Assembly (NCBI GenBank): GCA_030917065.1 | Contig: JAUPVL010000033.1 | Span: 1-52,850 of the forward strand | Direction: 5' to 3' | Length of the DNA stretch: 52,850 bases | From: Patescibacteria group bacterium | GTDB lineage: Bacteria > Patescibacteriota > Saccharimonadia > CAILAD01 > BJGX01 | Shown here: one piece after another, positions 8,784 through 17,434 of the stretch | Layout of the letters: each line of letters begins with the position of its first letter | Numbering within the stretch: position 1 is the stretch's first letter | Translations under genes and position numbers: made by a program | Notes under the pieces: model-generated | What the model saw: the letters and a program-made list of their open reading frames with translations, nothing else | What the model was told of the DNA's origin: nothing | Database searches by the model: none

Positions 8784-10211
8784 ATGAACAAAAACTTAAA
8801 AGATAAGCTCTCGAAATTACCAAACTCACCCGGTGTATATTTTTTTATAAATAAATCCGGCGATATTATCTATATCGGTAAGGCCACGAGTTTGCGTTCT
8901 AGAGTCCGTTCGTATTTTCAATCCACTCACAACGATTACAAGACTCCAATGCTCGTAGAAAATATTTACGATCTTCGCACTATTGATGCTAATTCAAGCA
9001 TTGAGGCACTTTTCTTGGAAGCTGAGTTTATTAAGCGTCATAAGCCACTATATAATGTTCGTGAAAAAGACGATAAGAATTTTGTATATATAAGGCTAGC
9101 AATCGCAGAAGACTTCCCGTCTATAACAATAGTCCGCAGGCCAGCCGATGACAAATCTAAATACTATGGGCCATTTATTGCATCCTTTCAGGTAAAAGAA
9201 GCTCTGAGATATTTACGCAAAATATTTCCGTATTATACAAAGCCACAAAAAACACATTCATCAAAGCTAGAATATCAGATTGGCATCATACCACACCCCT
9301 CTATATCGCAGCTAGAATACAAAAAAAGCATTCGAAAATTAATGCTAATATTTGAAGGCAAGACCAGTCAGTTATTATCTCAACTCGAGAAAGAAATGAA
9401 CAAACTCTCAAAAACAAAAGATTTCGAAAAAGCTGCAGAAGTTCGAAATCAATACCTGGCAATTAAAGGGTTGAGCACTAAGATATCCATAGGCGATGAC
9501 GATACTTTTGATATACAGCTTGACCAGGCTCTTAGTCAATTGGCCAAAACCTTGAAACTCAGTAAGAATCCTAAAAGAATCGAATGTTATGACATAAGTA
9601 ATTTTGCTGGTACCGATGCTGTTTCGAGTATGATAGTTTTTACAGATGGCATTCCAGATCAAAAACAATACAGACATTTCAAGATGAGGACCAAAGGCCC
9701 AAATGATTTTGCAATGATGCAAGAGACTATAGAGAGAAGATTCTCATCACGCAACTCAGGCTGGGCTACTCCAGATCTAATAATCGTAGATGGAGGGAAG
9801 GGTCAGCTGAGTTCGGTAGCTAAAACATTACAAGAACTGAATCTAGACATACCAATATGTGGCCTTGCCAAACGATATGAGACTATTATAGTTCAAAATT
9901 CCGCTTCTCAAGAAGATAATTTTTCAGAATACAATTTCGAATCTAGTTCTCCACTACTTCATCTTTTACAAAGGATCAGAGATGAAGCCCACCGTTTTGC
10001 CATAAGCTATCATAGAGTATCCCGTAAAAAGCGCATTGACAACTCAGAGCTAGAGCAAATTGCTGGAATAGGTTCATCTACAGCAAAAAAACTCTTAAAA
10101 CACTTTAAGAGTACCAAATCAGTCAAGCTTGCCACGAGAGAAGAGATTGCAGAGATAGTAGGAATATCTAAGGCCGATCTTATTGTTGATTATTTCGACT
10201 CAAGTAAGTAG
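8784..10211 (+). CDS. uvrC: excinuclease ABC subunit C (compact, 475 aa)
   Basis: The protein has a GIY-YIG N-terminus (PGVYFFINKSGDIIYIGKATSLRSRV), a UVR motif (DFEKAAEVRNQYLAIKGL), an endonuclease domain (IECYDISN...IIVDGGKGQL...IRDEAHRFAI) and a C-terminal HhH (IAGIGSSTAKKLL). Confidence 0.9.
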   Translation: MNKNLKDKLSKLPNSPGVYFFINKSGDIIYIGKATSLRSRVRSYFQSTHNDYKTPMLVENIYDLRTIDANSSIEALFLEAEFIKRHKPLYNVREKDDKNFVYIRLAIAEDFPSITIVRRPADDKSKYYGPFIASFQVKEALRYLRKIFPYYTKPQKTHSSKLEYQIGIIPHPSISQLEYKKSIRKLMLIFEGKTSQLLSQLEKEMNKLSKTKDFEKAAEVRNQYLAIKGLSTKISIGDDDTFDIQLDQALSQLAKTLKLSKNPKRIECYDISNFAGTDAVSSMIVFTDGIPDQKQYRHFKMRTKGPNDFAMMQETIERRFSSRNSGWATPDLIIVDGGKGQLSSVAKTLQELNLDIPICGLAKRYETIIVQNSASQEDNFSEYNFESSSPLLHLLQRIRDEAHRFAISYHRVSRKKRIDNSELEQIAGIGSSTAKKLLKHFKSTKSVKLATREEIAEIVGISKADLIVDYFDSSK

Positions 10212-10265
10212 TAGATCTCTGTATTGTCACTTTATGTTTAGTCTGAATTCTGTTAGAATAGAGCG

Positions 10266-10625
10266 GTGTTAAAGAGATTCTTGTTGTCGTGGCTAATAAA
10301 CGGAGTTGGACTATTTGTGGCGTCATTGCTATTTTCTGGTGTCGGGTATGGCAACAAGATAACCGTATTGATTATAGCAAGTCTAATATTTGGGCTAGTC
10401 AACTCACTTGTAAGACCGCTGATTATATTACTTAGTCTGCCTGCTATAGTTTTAACATTGGGACTTTTTACATTTATCGTCAATGCATTTATGCTCTGGA
10501 TAACCAGTCTGCTATATCCAGCCTTCCAGGTCAATTCTGTTTTCTCAGCAGTTGGTGCAGTTGTGATAGTGTGGTTTACGAATTACTTTTTTGATTTATT
10601 CATTTTCAAAGACAAGGAGCAATAA
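10266..10625 (+). CDS. small multi-pass membrane protein (phage-holin-family-4 / YvlD-like)
   Basis: This 119-aa protein has 3-4 TM helices. The pattern LVNSLVRPLIILLSLPAIVLTLGLFTFIVNAFML resembles DUF360/YvlD proteins. It uses a GTG start. Confidence 0.5.
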   Translation: MLKRFLLSWLINGVGLFVASLLFSGVGYGNKITVLIIASLIFGLVNSLVRPLIILLSLPAIVLTLGLFTFIVNAFMLWITSLLYPAFQVNSVFSAVGAVVIVWFTNYFFDLFIFKDKEQ

Positions 10626-10626
10626 T

Positions 10627-10845
10627 ATGAAGAATACATTAGCAATAATTACTATAATATCTAGCATCATGCTAGTCGTTGCTATCCTATTGCAAAATCA
10701 AGGTAGTGGGCTAGGTACCGCATTTGGCGGAGAAAGCAACTTTTATAGGACAAAAAGAGGGGCTGAGCAGGTACTGTTTTATCTCACAATAGTATTGGCA
10801 GTAGTATTTGTAGGTTGTCTTATCGGTCTATTGCTAGTTAAATAA
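10627..10845 (+). CDS. secG: preprotein translocase subunit SecG
   Basis: ATG 10627 follows AAGGAG. The protein has two TM helices flanking LLQNQGSGLGTAFGG, typical of SecG. The longer ORF from 10591 overlaps the upstream gene and lacks an SD. Confidence 0.75.
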   Translation: MKNTLAIITIISSIMLVVAILLQNQGSGLGTAFGGESNFYRTKRGAEQVLFYLTIVLAVVFVGCLIGLLLVK

Positions 10846-10852
10846 AATACCG

Positions 10853-12592
10853 ATGAGTTCTTATTTTCGTTTTCAGCTAAATAGAAAAAGCAGAAAGTAT
10901 AAGCATAAATTTAGATCTTGGAGACGATGGGCTCTAAACTACACAGACCGGCATATTTTTGGAGGTTGGGAGAAGTTCAGCCAGTCAAGATGGGTATTTA
11001 TCTCTCTATTACTCGTATTTGTAGTGAGTATGTTTGGTTTATGGCAACAGCTATTGGCTCAAAATGACAGGTATCTTGGTATAGCCGCAGAATACGGAGG
11101 TACTTATGCTGAGGCCTTGAGCGGCCAAGTAAAAGGGGTTAATCCACTGTATCCGGATAACTCTGCTACAACAGATGTAACAGCGGTAGTTTTTTCTGGA
11201 CTTACGCGTGTCAACAGTGATCGCAAAATAGAGCCAGATCTAGCTAGTAGCTGGGAGGTGAGTGCCGATAAAAAAACATACACATTCAAGTTACGCCCAA
11301 ATCTCAAGTGGCATGATGGAGAAAAACTCGATGCCAACGATGTAGCATTTACGATATCTAGGATTCAAAACCCAGACTCCAGAAGTCCACTTTCAAGCAA
11401 TTGGAGTGGAGTAAATTACGAAGTATTAAATGATTTGACAATAAAATTTAGTTTGCCCAATAGCTACTCACCGTTTTTGTATAACACTACTGTAGGTATC
11501 ATACCTAAGCATATTCTAGAGGGAGTTCGACCTAGTCTTACCAAGACATTTGAATTCAATCAAAAACCAGTAGGTAGTGGTCCCTACAAGCTACCGGAAA
11601 TAGTAGAGAAAAGCGATGAAATAAACCTTGTTGCCTACGACGAATATCACTTCAGAAGACCTTATATAGATAAGCTCAAGTTTGTTCAATATACTAGCGA
11701 AAACGACTACCTAGATGGTTATCAGAAAAAACAGATCAGTGGGTTTGCAATAAGTGATCCTGATATTGAAAAGAAGGCAAGTCAGATTGATCAGCTCAAG
11801 ATCAACCATCTAAGCCTACCTGCTTATGGTGCGCTTTTTTTCAACATGAATTCACCAAATGTTAGTGATGTGAATTTCAGGAAAGCTCTTACATATGCTA
11901 CAGATAAAAACTCAATAGTCAAAAATCAACTTGATTCTCAGGCTATAGTAGTAAACTATCCCATACTGGCAGGCTATTCTGGATTTGATAGTACTGCTCC
12001 AAAGTATAGCTATGATGAGGCCCAAGCTAAGTCTATCATAAGCTCTATAGATCAGGAAAAAATAAAAAATACTCGAATACGTTTAGCTACACTTAGAAAC
12101 TCGGTCTATGAAGACATCGCTCTATCTGTAAAAGAGATGTGGGCAAAAGTAGGTGTTCAAGTTGATATAGCAAGCGTAGATCTTGACGAGCTACAACAAT
12201 ACTATATTCGTACCAGAAATTATGATGTTTTGTTGTATGGCCAAGATATAGGCTACGACTCAGATATATATGCCTATTGGCATTCTTCGCAGGCTAAAGA
12301 CCCAGGTCTCAATATTAGCCAGTACGTCAATCCTGAAGCTGATAAATATCTAGAGACCGGAAGGCTTGCAAAAGATACAGACTATAAGAATAGTCGATAC
12401 TCAGCTTTCTTGCAGACTTGGAGTAAAGACTTGCCTGCAATCATACTGTATACTCCTTATTACAACTATGCCCAGAGTATCGAAGTAAAAGGCTTCAGTG
12501 CCAATAAAATTGTAGAGCCAAGCAATAGATTCTACAATATTCAAGATTGGTACGTACTGACCAAACAAGCACCCAAAACTAATTCGAATTAG
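10853..12592 (+). CDS. ABC transporter substrate-binding protein, family 5 (peptide/nickel type), membrane anchored
   Basis: This 579-aa protein has an N-terminal basic segment plus a TM helix. The body shows family-5 SBP-like patterns (LTRVNSDRKIEPDLASSWEVSADKKTYTFKLRPNLKWHDGEKLDANDV). No permease or ATPase genes are adjacent. Confidence 0.7.
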   Translation: MSSYFRFQLNRKSRKYKHKFRSWRRWALNYTDRHIFGGWEKFSQSRWVFISLLLVFVVSMFGLWQQLLAQNDRYLGIAAEYGGTYAEALSGQVKGVNPLYPDNSATTDVTAVVFSGLTRVNSDRKIEPDLASSWEVSADKKTYTFKLRPNLKWHDGEKLDANDVAFTISRIQNPDSRSPLSSNWSGVNYEVLNDLTIKFSLPNSYSPFLYNTTVGIIPKHILEGVRPSLTKTFEFNQKPVGSGPYKLPEIVEKSDEINLVAYDEYHFRRPYIDKLKFVQYTSENDYLDGYQKKQISGFAISDPDIEKKASQIDQLKINHLSLPAYGALFFNMNSPNVSDVNFRKALTYATDKNSIVKNQLDSQAIVVNYPILAGYSGFDSTAPKYSYDEAQAKSIISSIDQEKIKNTRIRLATLRNSVYEDIALSVKEMWAKVGVQVDIASVDLDELQQYYIRTRNYDVLLYGQDIGYDSDIYAYWHSSQAKDPGLNISQYVNPEADKYLETGRLAKDTDYKNSRYSAFLQTWSKDLPAIILYTPYYNYAQSIEVKGFSANKIVEPSNRFYNIQDWYVLTKQAPKTNSN

Positions 12593-12618
12593 CTATTCTG
12601 GTATAGTGGTATTAATAA

Positions 12619-12707
12619 GCCGAAGTGGTGGAATTGGTAGACACGCTAGCTTCAGGAGCTAGTGAAACGAAAGTTTCTTGGAGGTTCAAATCCTCTCTTC
12701 GGCACCA
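12619..12707 (+). tRNA. tRNA-Leu (CAG)
   Basis: The acceptor pairs gccgaag/cttcggc, and the anticodon stem ctagc/gctag carries loop ttCAGga. It has a long variable arm, a T-loop ttcaaat and an encoded CCA. Confidence 0.9.
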
Positions 12708-12713
12708 GTGCAT

Positions 12714-13577
12714 TTATTGTTTTATATAATAGAAATTATATCCCGAGTCTCTGTTCCTATCCCATGTATAGGTTGGGCTAAGTAAACACCAGAATTGTTT
12801 ATAACAATCCAATCCTGCTATTTGATGTTCGAACGTTGAAGCTTCAGCTTGTTCTACATTGTTTCCGATCCTAGACAAGATTGCTCCCTCAGGAATCCCC
12901 GAGACTGGTCTTACGCAAAAGTCCGTTCCTTCAGGTATACCAAATGAGAATCTACCTTCACTATCGGTAGTTACTGTTCTATCTGCACTACATAGATTCA
13001 AGACCACTCCAGGCAAAGGTGCATCGTTAAGCGTTACTCTTCCATTGACTATTACATTATAACTACCCGATGTAATGCCAAATGGCTTAGGTGGTGGTGA
13101 TGGAGCGGGAGGAGGTGTCGCGGGTTCATTAGCTGCACTCGAAACGTTTGAGATCTGATCCTCCACCGCACTCGGTACGACCGCTCCTTTTGCCCAACAT
13201 TTAAAGCTAGAGCTCCATGGGGCAGTGCCTGCTTGTGCAAACGAAAGATAAAACCTTTCATCTTGAATCTCAGGCGGAGCATCGGCAGGGTCATAGTAGC
13301 CTTTGTAGTTGCCCCATGTAGAATAACTGTATTGATAAGCCCCGCGATATTTGGGGTTTTTCTTGTTGCCATAAAAAGTTCCAGATTCACACTGTGCAAT
13401 TCTAGGTCTCCAATAGTCTGGATTGTCTCTAAAGACAGTTACTCCTGCAGCAAGTGAGCGATAAATAAAGAATATCCCAAAAATTACAAAAACTATTATC
13501 AGTATGTATAACAAGGGCTTGTTCTTGACGGCTTTGGCCAGAGGGTTCTTGCCGGTGTGGGTTTTTTTGTTTTTCAT
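12714..13577 (-). CDS. secreted Rpf-like transglycosylase with Pro-rich linker and carboxypeptidase-regulatory-like beta domain
   Basis: An N-terminal TM/signal anchor is followed by IAQCESGTFYG...YRGAYQYSYSTWGNY...PWSSSFKCW, which resembles the transglycosylase-like (Rpf) domain. Next comes a PATPPPAPSPPPKP linker, then VNGRVTLNDAPLPGVVLNL...TTDSEGRFSF. Confidence 0.6.
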   Translation of the reverse strand: MKNKKTHTGKNPLAKAVKNKPLLYILIIVFVIFGIFFIYRSLAAGVTVFRDNPDYWRPRIAQCESGTFYGNKKNPKYRGAYQYSYSTWGNYKGYYDPADAPPEIQDERFYLSFAQAGTAPWSSSFKCWAKGAVVPSAVEDQISNVSSAANEPATPPPAPSPPPKPFGITSGSYNVIVNGRVTLNDAPLPGVVLNLCSADRTVTTDSEGRFSFGIPEGTDFCVRPVSGIPEGAILSRIGNNVEQAEASTFEHQIAGLDCYKQFWCLLSPTYTWDRNRDSGYNFYYIKQ

Positions 13578-13673
13578 AATACTTATCTTTAAGATAACAT
13601 TTTGGTCAAGCCTAGGTCAATCAAAAGAGCAGTTGATTGATAATAAGCACAATAATTGTTATGATTATTCTAA

Positions 13674-15308
13674 ATGAAATCAATCCCCCGAAATTTATCA
13701 AACCTGTTAGACGGTGAGTTGACTTGCTCAGAAAAAACTCGCGATTATTTTTCTACAGATGGTAGTATATTCAAGATCAACCCCAAGATTATTATCTATC
13801 CAAAAAACGAAGAAGATATCATCAACACCGTTCGATACTTGAGCTGGGAGGTTCAAGAGGGTCATAAGATATCTATTACGGCTAGAGGTAAAGGAACGGA
13901 TCAAGCGGGCGGTGCGCTAGGTGACGGAGCTATGCTGGTATTTCCGGCCCACATGAAGGCGCTCAAAGACATCACCAAAAATACCGTAACTGTCCAGCCA
14001 GGTATGATATATTCACATCTTCAAGGTATACTACGTAGTCACTGGCGCTTCTTACCTCCTTATCCGGCTAGTGTAGACTTCTGTACTGTCGGTGGTGCGG
14101 TGGCCAATAATTCTGCTGGGGAAAAAACAATCAAGTATGGATCAACGCGCAATTGGGTCAAAAGTCTTAAGGTGGTCTTGAGCAATGGGGATGTCATCAC
14201 TACAAGTCGGCTGACAAAAAAACAACTAAAAAAGAAGAAGGCTCAACCGGACTATGAAGGACATCTTTATCGTGAAGTCGATAGGATTATAGAAGAGAAC
14301 AAAAGTCTTCTCAATAGTTCTAGGCTTAGGGTTAGTAAGAACTCTACTGGCTATGACCTGTGGGACATCAAGAAGAAGGACGGGTCATTTGATCTAGGTC
14401 AGCTTTTCATAGGCTCTCAAGGTACTTTGGGTATAGTCTCGGAGATTACGTTTTATACTCAGCCGTACAACCCCCAAACCTCACTTCTGGTGGCGCATTT
14501 CGATGACGCTATCAACGCAGAACAGGCAGTCCGTAAGATATTGCCGCTAGGCCCTAGTGCAGCAGAGCTAGTCGATTATCACACCCTGGAGTTTATAGCA
14601 GAACACAATCCCAGTATGCTCAAGGGCATTGATGCCGACAATCTTCCTAAGATAATATTATTGATTGAGTTTGACGATGAAAAGCCTAAGCTCAGAAACA
14701 AAAAGTCTCTCAAGGCTCACAAAATACTTTCCAGTCATACCAATACAGTTAAGTACGCAACCACACTAAAAGAACAAAACGCACTTTGGAGTATCAGAAG
14801 AGGTGCAGCTGCTGTAATATGGACTCATCAAGGCGCAAAAAAGGCATTACCAATCATAGAGGATGGAATAGTTCCTATTGAGAAATTTACTCAATATCTG
14901 GACAATGCCTACAAGCTGTTCAAAAAATACAACATCAAAATAGCAACATGGGGGCATGCCGGTAACGCCAATATGCATATACAGCCATTTCTGGATCTAT
15001 CTAATATGAGAGACAGGGCAAAGATATTCGATTTAGCAGATGAGTACTACAAGATGGTTATCAAACTAGGTGGTAGTACAAGCGCAGAACACAATGACGG
15101 TATCATGCGTGGACCTTATCTCAAAGACTTGTTTGGCCCTAAGCTTTACGGAGTATTTAATGAGATAAAGGACCTGTTTGACCCATTGAATTTCTTAAAT
15201 CCTACTTCCAAGATGAATGTCACCAAACAAGATGCGATGATAAAAATGCGCAAGGAATACTCAATGAAACACCTATACGAGAACCTTCCTTCTAGCTACA
15301 ATCACTAG
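13674..15308 (+). CDS. FAD-binding oxidoreductase (GlcD / D-lactate dehydrogenase-like)
   Basis: This 544-aa protein has FAD_binding_4-like motifs (ITARGKGTDQAGGA, VQPGMIYSHLQ, GGAVANNSAGEK) and a C-terminal FAD-oxidase domain (GGSTSAEHNDG). Confidence 0.75.
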   Translation: MKSIPRNLSNLLDGELTCSEKTRDYFSTDGSIFKINPKIIIYPKNEEDIINTVRYLSWEVQEGHKISITARGKGTDQAGGALGDGAMLVFPAHMKALKDITKNTVTVQPGMIYSHLQGILRSHWRFLPPYPASVDFCTVGGAVANNSAGEKTIKYGSTRNWVKSLKVVLSNGDVITTSRLTKKQLKKKKAQPDYEGHLYREVDRIIEENKSLLNSSRLRVSKNSTGYDLWDIKKKDGSFDLGQLFIGSQGTLGIVSEITFYTQPYNPQTSLLVAHFDDAINAEQAVRKILPLGPSAAELVDYHTLEFIAEHNPSMLKGIDADNLPKIILLIEFDDEKPKLRNKKSLKAHKILSSHTNTVKYATTLKEQNALWSIRRGAAAVIWTHQGAKKALPIIEDGIVPIEKFTQYLDNAYKLFKKYNIKIATWGHAGNANMHIQPFLDLSNMRDRAKIFDLADEYYKMVIKLGGSTSAEHNDGIMRGPYLKDLFGPKLYGVFNEIKDLFDPLNFLNPTSKMNVTKQDAMIKMRKEYSMKHLYENLPSSYNH

Positions 15309-15343
15309 AAAAAAATCACAAACTTTGTTAGTATAGGCGTTAC

Positions 15344-15382
15344 GCGGACGTGATGGAACTAGTATACACGCAAGCTGTTGAG
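15344..15382 (+). pseudogene. tRNA-Leu 5'-half remnant
   Basis: The sequence gcggacgtgatggaactagtatacacgcaagctgttgag matches the first ~37 nt of the intact tRNA-Leu(GAG) 120 nt downstream. It has 3 substitutions and a 2-nt insertion, then diverges. No T-arm or 3' acceptor strand follows. Confidence 0.55.
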
Positions 15383-15463
15383 TGCAACGAACTATGAATA
15401 TGAGGCTTGACTAGCCCCTCAATGAGTTGGGGAGCTAATGAAACAACATATCTCGACTGATAT

Positions 15464-15550
15464 GCGGACGTGGTGGAACTGGTAGACACGCAAGCTTGAG
15501 GGGCTTGTGGCCGAAAGGCTGTGGAAGTTCGAGTCTTCTCGTCCGCACCA
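15464..15550 (+). tRNA. tRNA-Leu (GAG)
   Basis: The acceptor pairs gcggacg/cgtccgc, and the anticodon stem caagc/gcttg carries loop ttGAGgg. It has a long variable arm, a T-arm ggaag-ttcgagt-cttct and an encoded CCA. Confidence 0.9.
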
Positions 15551-15556
15551 ATGAAA

Positions 15557-16396
15557 TTATTTTGTAATCCTGGCTGAATGCAAGACATTTTGTAGTATCA
15601 TTACAACTGTAAGTGGACCAACTCCTCCTGGCACTGGCGTGATAATACTAGCGATATTCTTCACACTGTCAAAATCAACGTCACCCTTGAGCCTGCCACC
15701 TACATCATTGATGCCCACATCTATCACTATGGCACCAGACTTTATCATGTCTGCAGACAATAGTCCTGGCGATCCGGCGGCGGATATGACTATGTCGGAC
15801 TGCTTGGTCAGCCCAGCAATATCTTTGATTTGACGATGACCGACCAACACCCTTGCACCAGCATGTTCTAGTAGGTATCTGAGTGGCATGCCAACCAAAT
15901 GACTGCGTCCGATCACTGCTACCACCTTGTCTTGTATGTCAACATTGTACTCTCGTAATATTTGCATGACAGCCATAGGAGTGGCAGGTACGATGCGAGG
16001 CTGATTTTGCTCTAAGACGGTTTGATTGGTGCTAGTCAGCCCATCTACGTCTTTGTTAGGGTCAATATAGTCAATAAGATCTTGTGGGTCGTACCAGCCG
16101 GCTAGAGGAAGTTGCAATACTATGCCATGAACACCATTGTCATTGCTTAGCTCTTGTACTGCATCGATGCACTCCGCATGATTTTTTTTGCCAAGATCTA
16201 CGTACTGTGTATCGATACCAATCTCTTCGGCTCGCTTGAGCTTCATGCGTATATATACTTGCGACCTTGTATCTGGCTGTATACCAACTATTACTAGCTT
16301 GGGTTTAATACCGCCTTTTATTAATTTATCAGCCTCTTTTTTGAGCTGGTTTACTACTTGTTGAGCTAATTTCTTACCGTCTACTATTTGAGCCAT
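15557..16396 (-). CDS. folD: bifunctional methylenetetrahydrofolate dehydrogenase/cyclohydrolase
   Basis: This 279-aa protein begins AQIVDGKKLAQQV. It also carries LPLAGW, VAVIGRSHLVGMP and ITPVPGGVGPLTV, all typical FolD motifs. Confidence 0.9.
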   Translation of the reverse strand: MAQIVDGKKLAQQVVNQLKKEADKLIKGGIKPKLVIVGIQPDTRSQVYIRMKLKRAEEIGIDTQYVDLGKKNHAECIDAVQELSNDNGVHGIVLQLPLAGWYDPQDLIDYIDPNKDVDGLTSTNQTVLEQNQPRIVPATPMAVMQILREYNVDIQDKVVAVIGRSHLVGMPLRYLLEHAGARVLVGHRQIKDIAGLTKQSDIVISAAGSPGLLSADMIKSGAIVIDVGINDVGGRLKGDVDFDSVKNIASIITPVPGGVGPLTVVMILQNVLHSARITK

Positions 16397-16398
16397 GA

Positions 16399-16707
16399 CT
16401 AAAATAATCTTACCTTTAATTTTTTGTTCTTGACGCTCTTACCTGTTGTATTGATTCGATAATATATTATTATAATTAAATACAGTAAAAATGTGGTCGC
16501 TATTAGGGTGTGTCCTAAGAAAATAGCAAAATCATTTACCAGCAACAGCTTATACCAGATGATAACAACCGCGAACAGTCTTATTAGCTCACCAATGATA
16601 GATATGTCTAGAGAAGAATGCCTTCTTATGACATGCACTATTTGTAAGATATTGTTAAAACAAAGCCCTATATAGGCAACTATAGTTAAAATGTCGATAG
16701 TGCTCAT
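16399..16707 (-). CDS. small 3-TM membrane protein (PQ-loop / SemiSWEET-like, tentative)
   Basis: It has three TM helices. LQIVHVIRRHSSLDISI resembles the PQ-loop motif with P replaced by L. ATG 16707 is preferred over TTG 16725. Confidence 0.4.
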   Translation of the reverse strand: MSTIDILTIVAYIGLCFNNILQIVHVIRRHSSLDISIIGELIRLFAVVIIWYKLLLVNDFAIFLGHTLIATTFLLYLIIIIYYRINTTGKSVKNKKLKVRLF

Positions 16708-16751
16708 AGCTATTAAGTATAACAAAAAAGACCAACAAGTTGGTCTTTTTA

Positions 16752-16828
16752 TGGTGGGTGATGAGGGGCTCGAACCCCCGACCTCCTCGGTGTAAACGAG
16801 GCGCTCTAGCCAGCTGAGCTAATCACCC
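16752..16828 (-). tRNA. tRNA-Val (TAC)
   Basis: The reverse complement reads gggtgattagctcagctggctagagcgcctcgtttacaccgagg...ttcgagc...atcacccacca. The anticodon loop is ttTACac and CCA is encoded. Confidence 0.9.
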
Positions 16829-16865
16829 TTATCTATATATACTAGGACATTATACTAAAATATGT

Positions 16866-16894
16866 TTGTTTTGTCATCTGTTGTGTGCTATAAA
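16866..16894 (+). promoter_or_regulatory. sigma70-like promoter with extended -10 (TTGTTT-17 nt-TGcTATAAA)
   Basis: TTGTTT lies at 16866-16871 and TATAAA at 16889-16894, preceded by TGc. It lies upstream of AGGAGG (16919-16924) and GTG 16931. Confidence 0.4.
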
Positions 16895-16930
16895 TAGTAC
16901 ATTCTTTTGCACCTACCCAGGAGGTATGCC

Positions 16931-17428
16931 GTGCGAAGCTATACAATACGGACAGTCGCTCAAAAGGTCGAGGGAATCAACAGCTTTCTCTCTGCACTTC
17001 GAGAGTATGTTGATGAAGATACTGGAATCAAAGTATTTTCAATGAATAGATTCGCGCGAGGAATATACCGAAATTACGGTGAAATGGATTGGGCAATAAA
17101 AACCCTCAAAAAGCTTGGATTGCTTGAAAATCTCGGTAGCGCAGGCAAAGCAGGGGGCACCTGGCGAGTTGATCTTAGTGATCGTATGGTAGCTGCAGAA
17201 GATCTACATGGATATAGTGGGAACTATTCTGTCCCCCATGATATTCTTGTCCAACAACTAACTACTGAACGTGCCAAAGTAGGTAGGTTGGAGCGAGAGC
17301 TTGCAAGTAGAAATGCAAGAGTAGATGACCTAGAGCTTGAGTTGTCTAGCTTGCGTGAAAGTACCCGTAATGAACTACTTGCTTCTTTGGCCATTTTCTT
17401 AGAAGAGCAAACAGACCCTCAGTCTTGA
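16931..17428 (+). CDS. hypothetical protein, possible winged-helix N-domain plus C-terminal coiled coil
   Basis: GTG 16931 lies 6 nt after AGGAGG, while the ORF is open from TTG 16907. KTLKKLGLLENLGSAGKAGGTWRV looks like a wing, and the C-terminus (ERAKVGRLERELASRNARVDDLELELSSLRE) is heptad-like. Confidence 0.5.
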   Translation: MRSYTIRTVAQKVEGINSFLSALREYVDEDTGIKVFSMNRFARGIYRNYGEMDWAIKTLKKLGLLENLGSAGKAGGTWRVDLSDRMVAAEDLHGYSGNYSVPHDILVQQLTTERAKVGRLERELASRNARVDDLELELSSLRESTRNELLASLAIFLEEQTDPQS

Positions 17429-17434
17429 GGGTCT
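17413..17434. terminator. shared bidirectional hairpin between convergent genes
   Basis: A perfect 9-bp stem (agaccctca / tgagggtct) carries loop gtct. The TGA stop of the + gene (17426-17428) and the TAG stop of the - gene (17433-17435) lie in or at the stem. An A/T-rich run follows. Confidence 0.6.

Noticed and set aside
10591-10626. The longer SecG start (10591), and likewise the longer starts at 1944 (uvrB), 22956 (Rep-like), 34139 (gatB), 36443 (YtxH), 42244 (orphan) and 52684 (PBP).
   Set aside because: The extensions overlap upstream genes or contain the promoter -10 box, and they lack an SD, while a downstream ATG has a proper SD or homologous N-terminus. For the PBP the opposite holds: the frame continues upstream through the TM helix to the window edge.
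15344-15550. Reading the first tRNA-Leu-like segment as an intron-containing or split tRNA.
   Set aside because: A gcttg that could close the anticodon stem exists 29 nt downstream. However, no T-arm (GTTCGA-type) and no cgtccgc 3' acceptor strand occur before the intact downstream tRNA, so a complete second tRNA cannot be folded.
15340-15588. An 82-aa minus-strand ORF spanning the tRNA-Leu region.
   Set aside because: It is entirely explained by the tRNA-Leu(GAG) gene and the tRNA-half remnant on the plus strand. It has no SD or protein motif.
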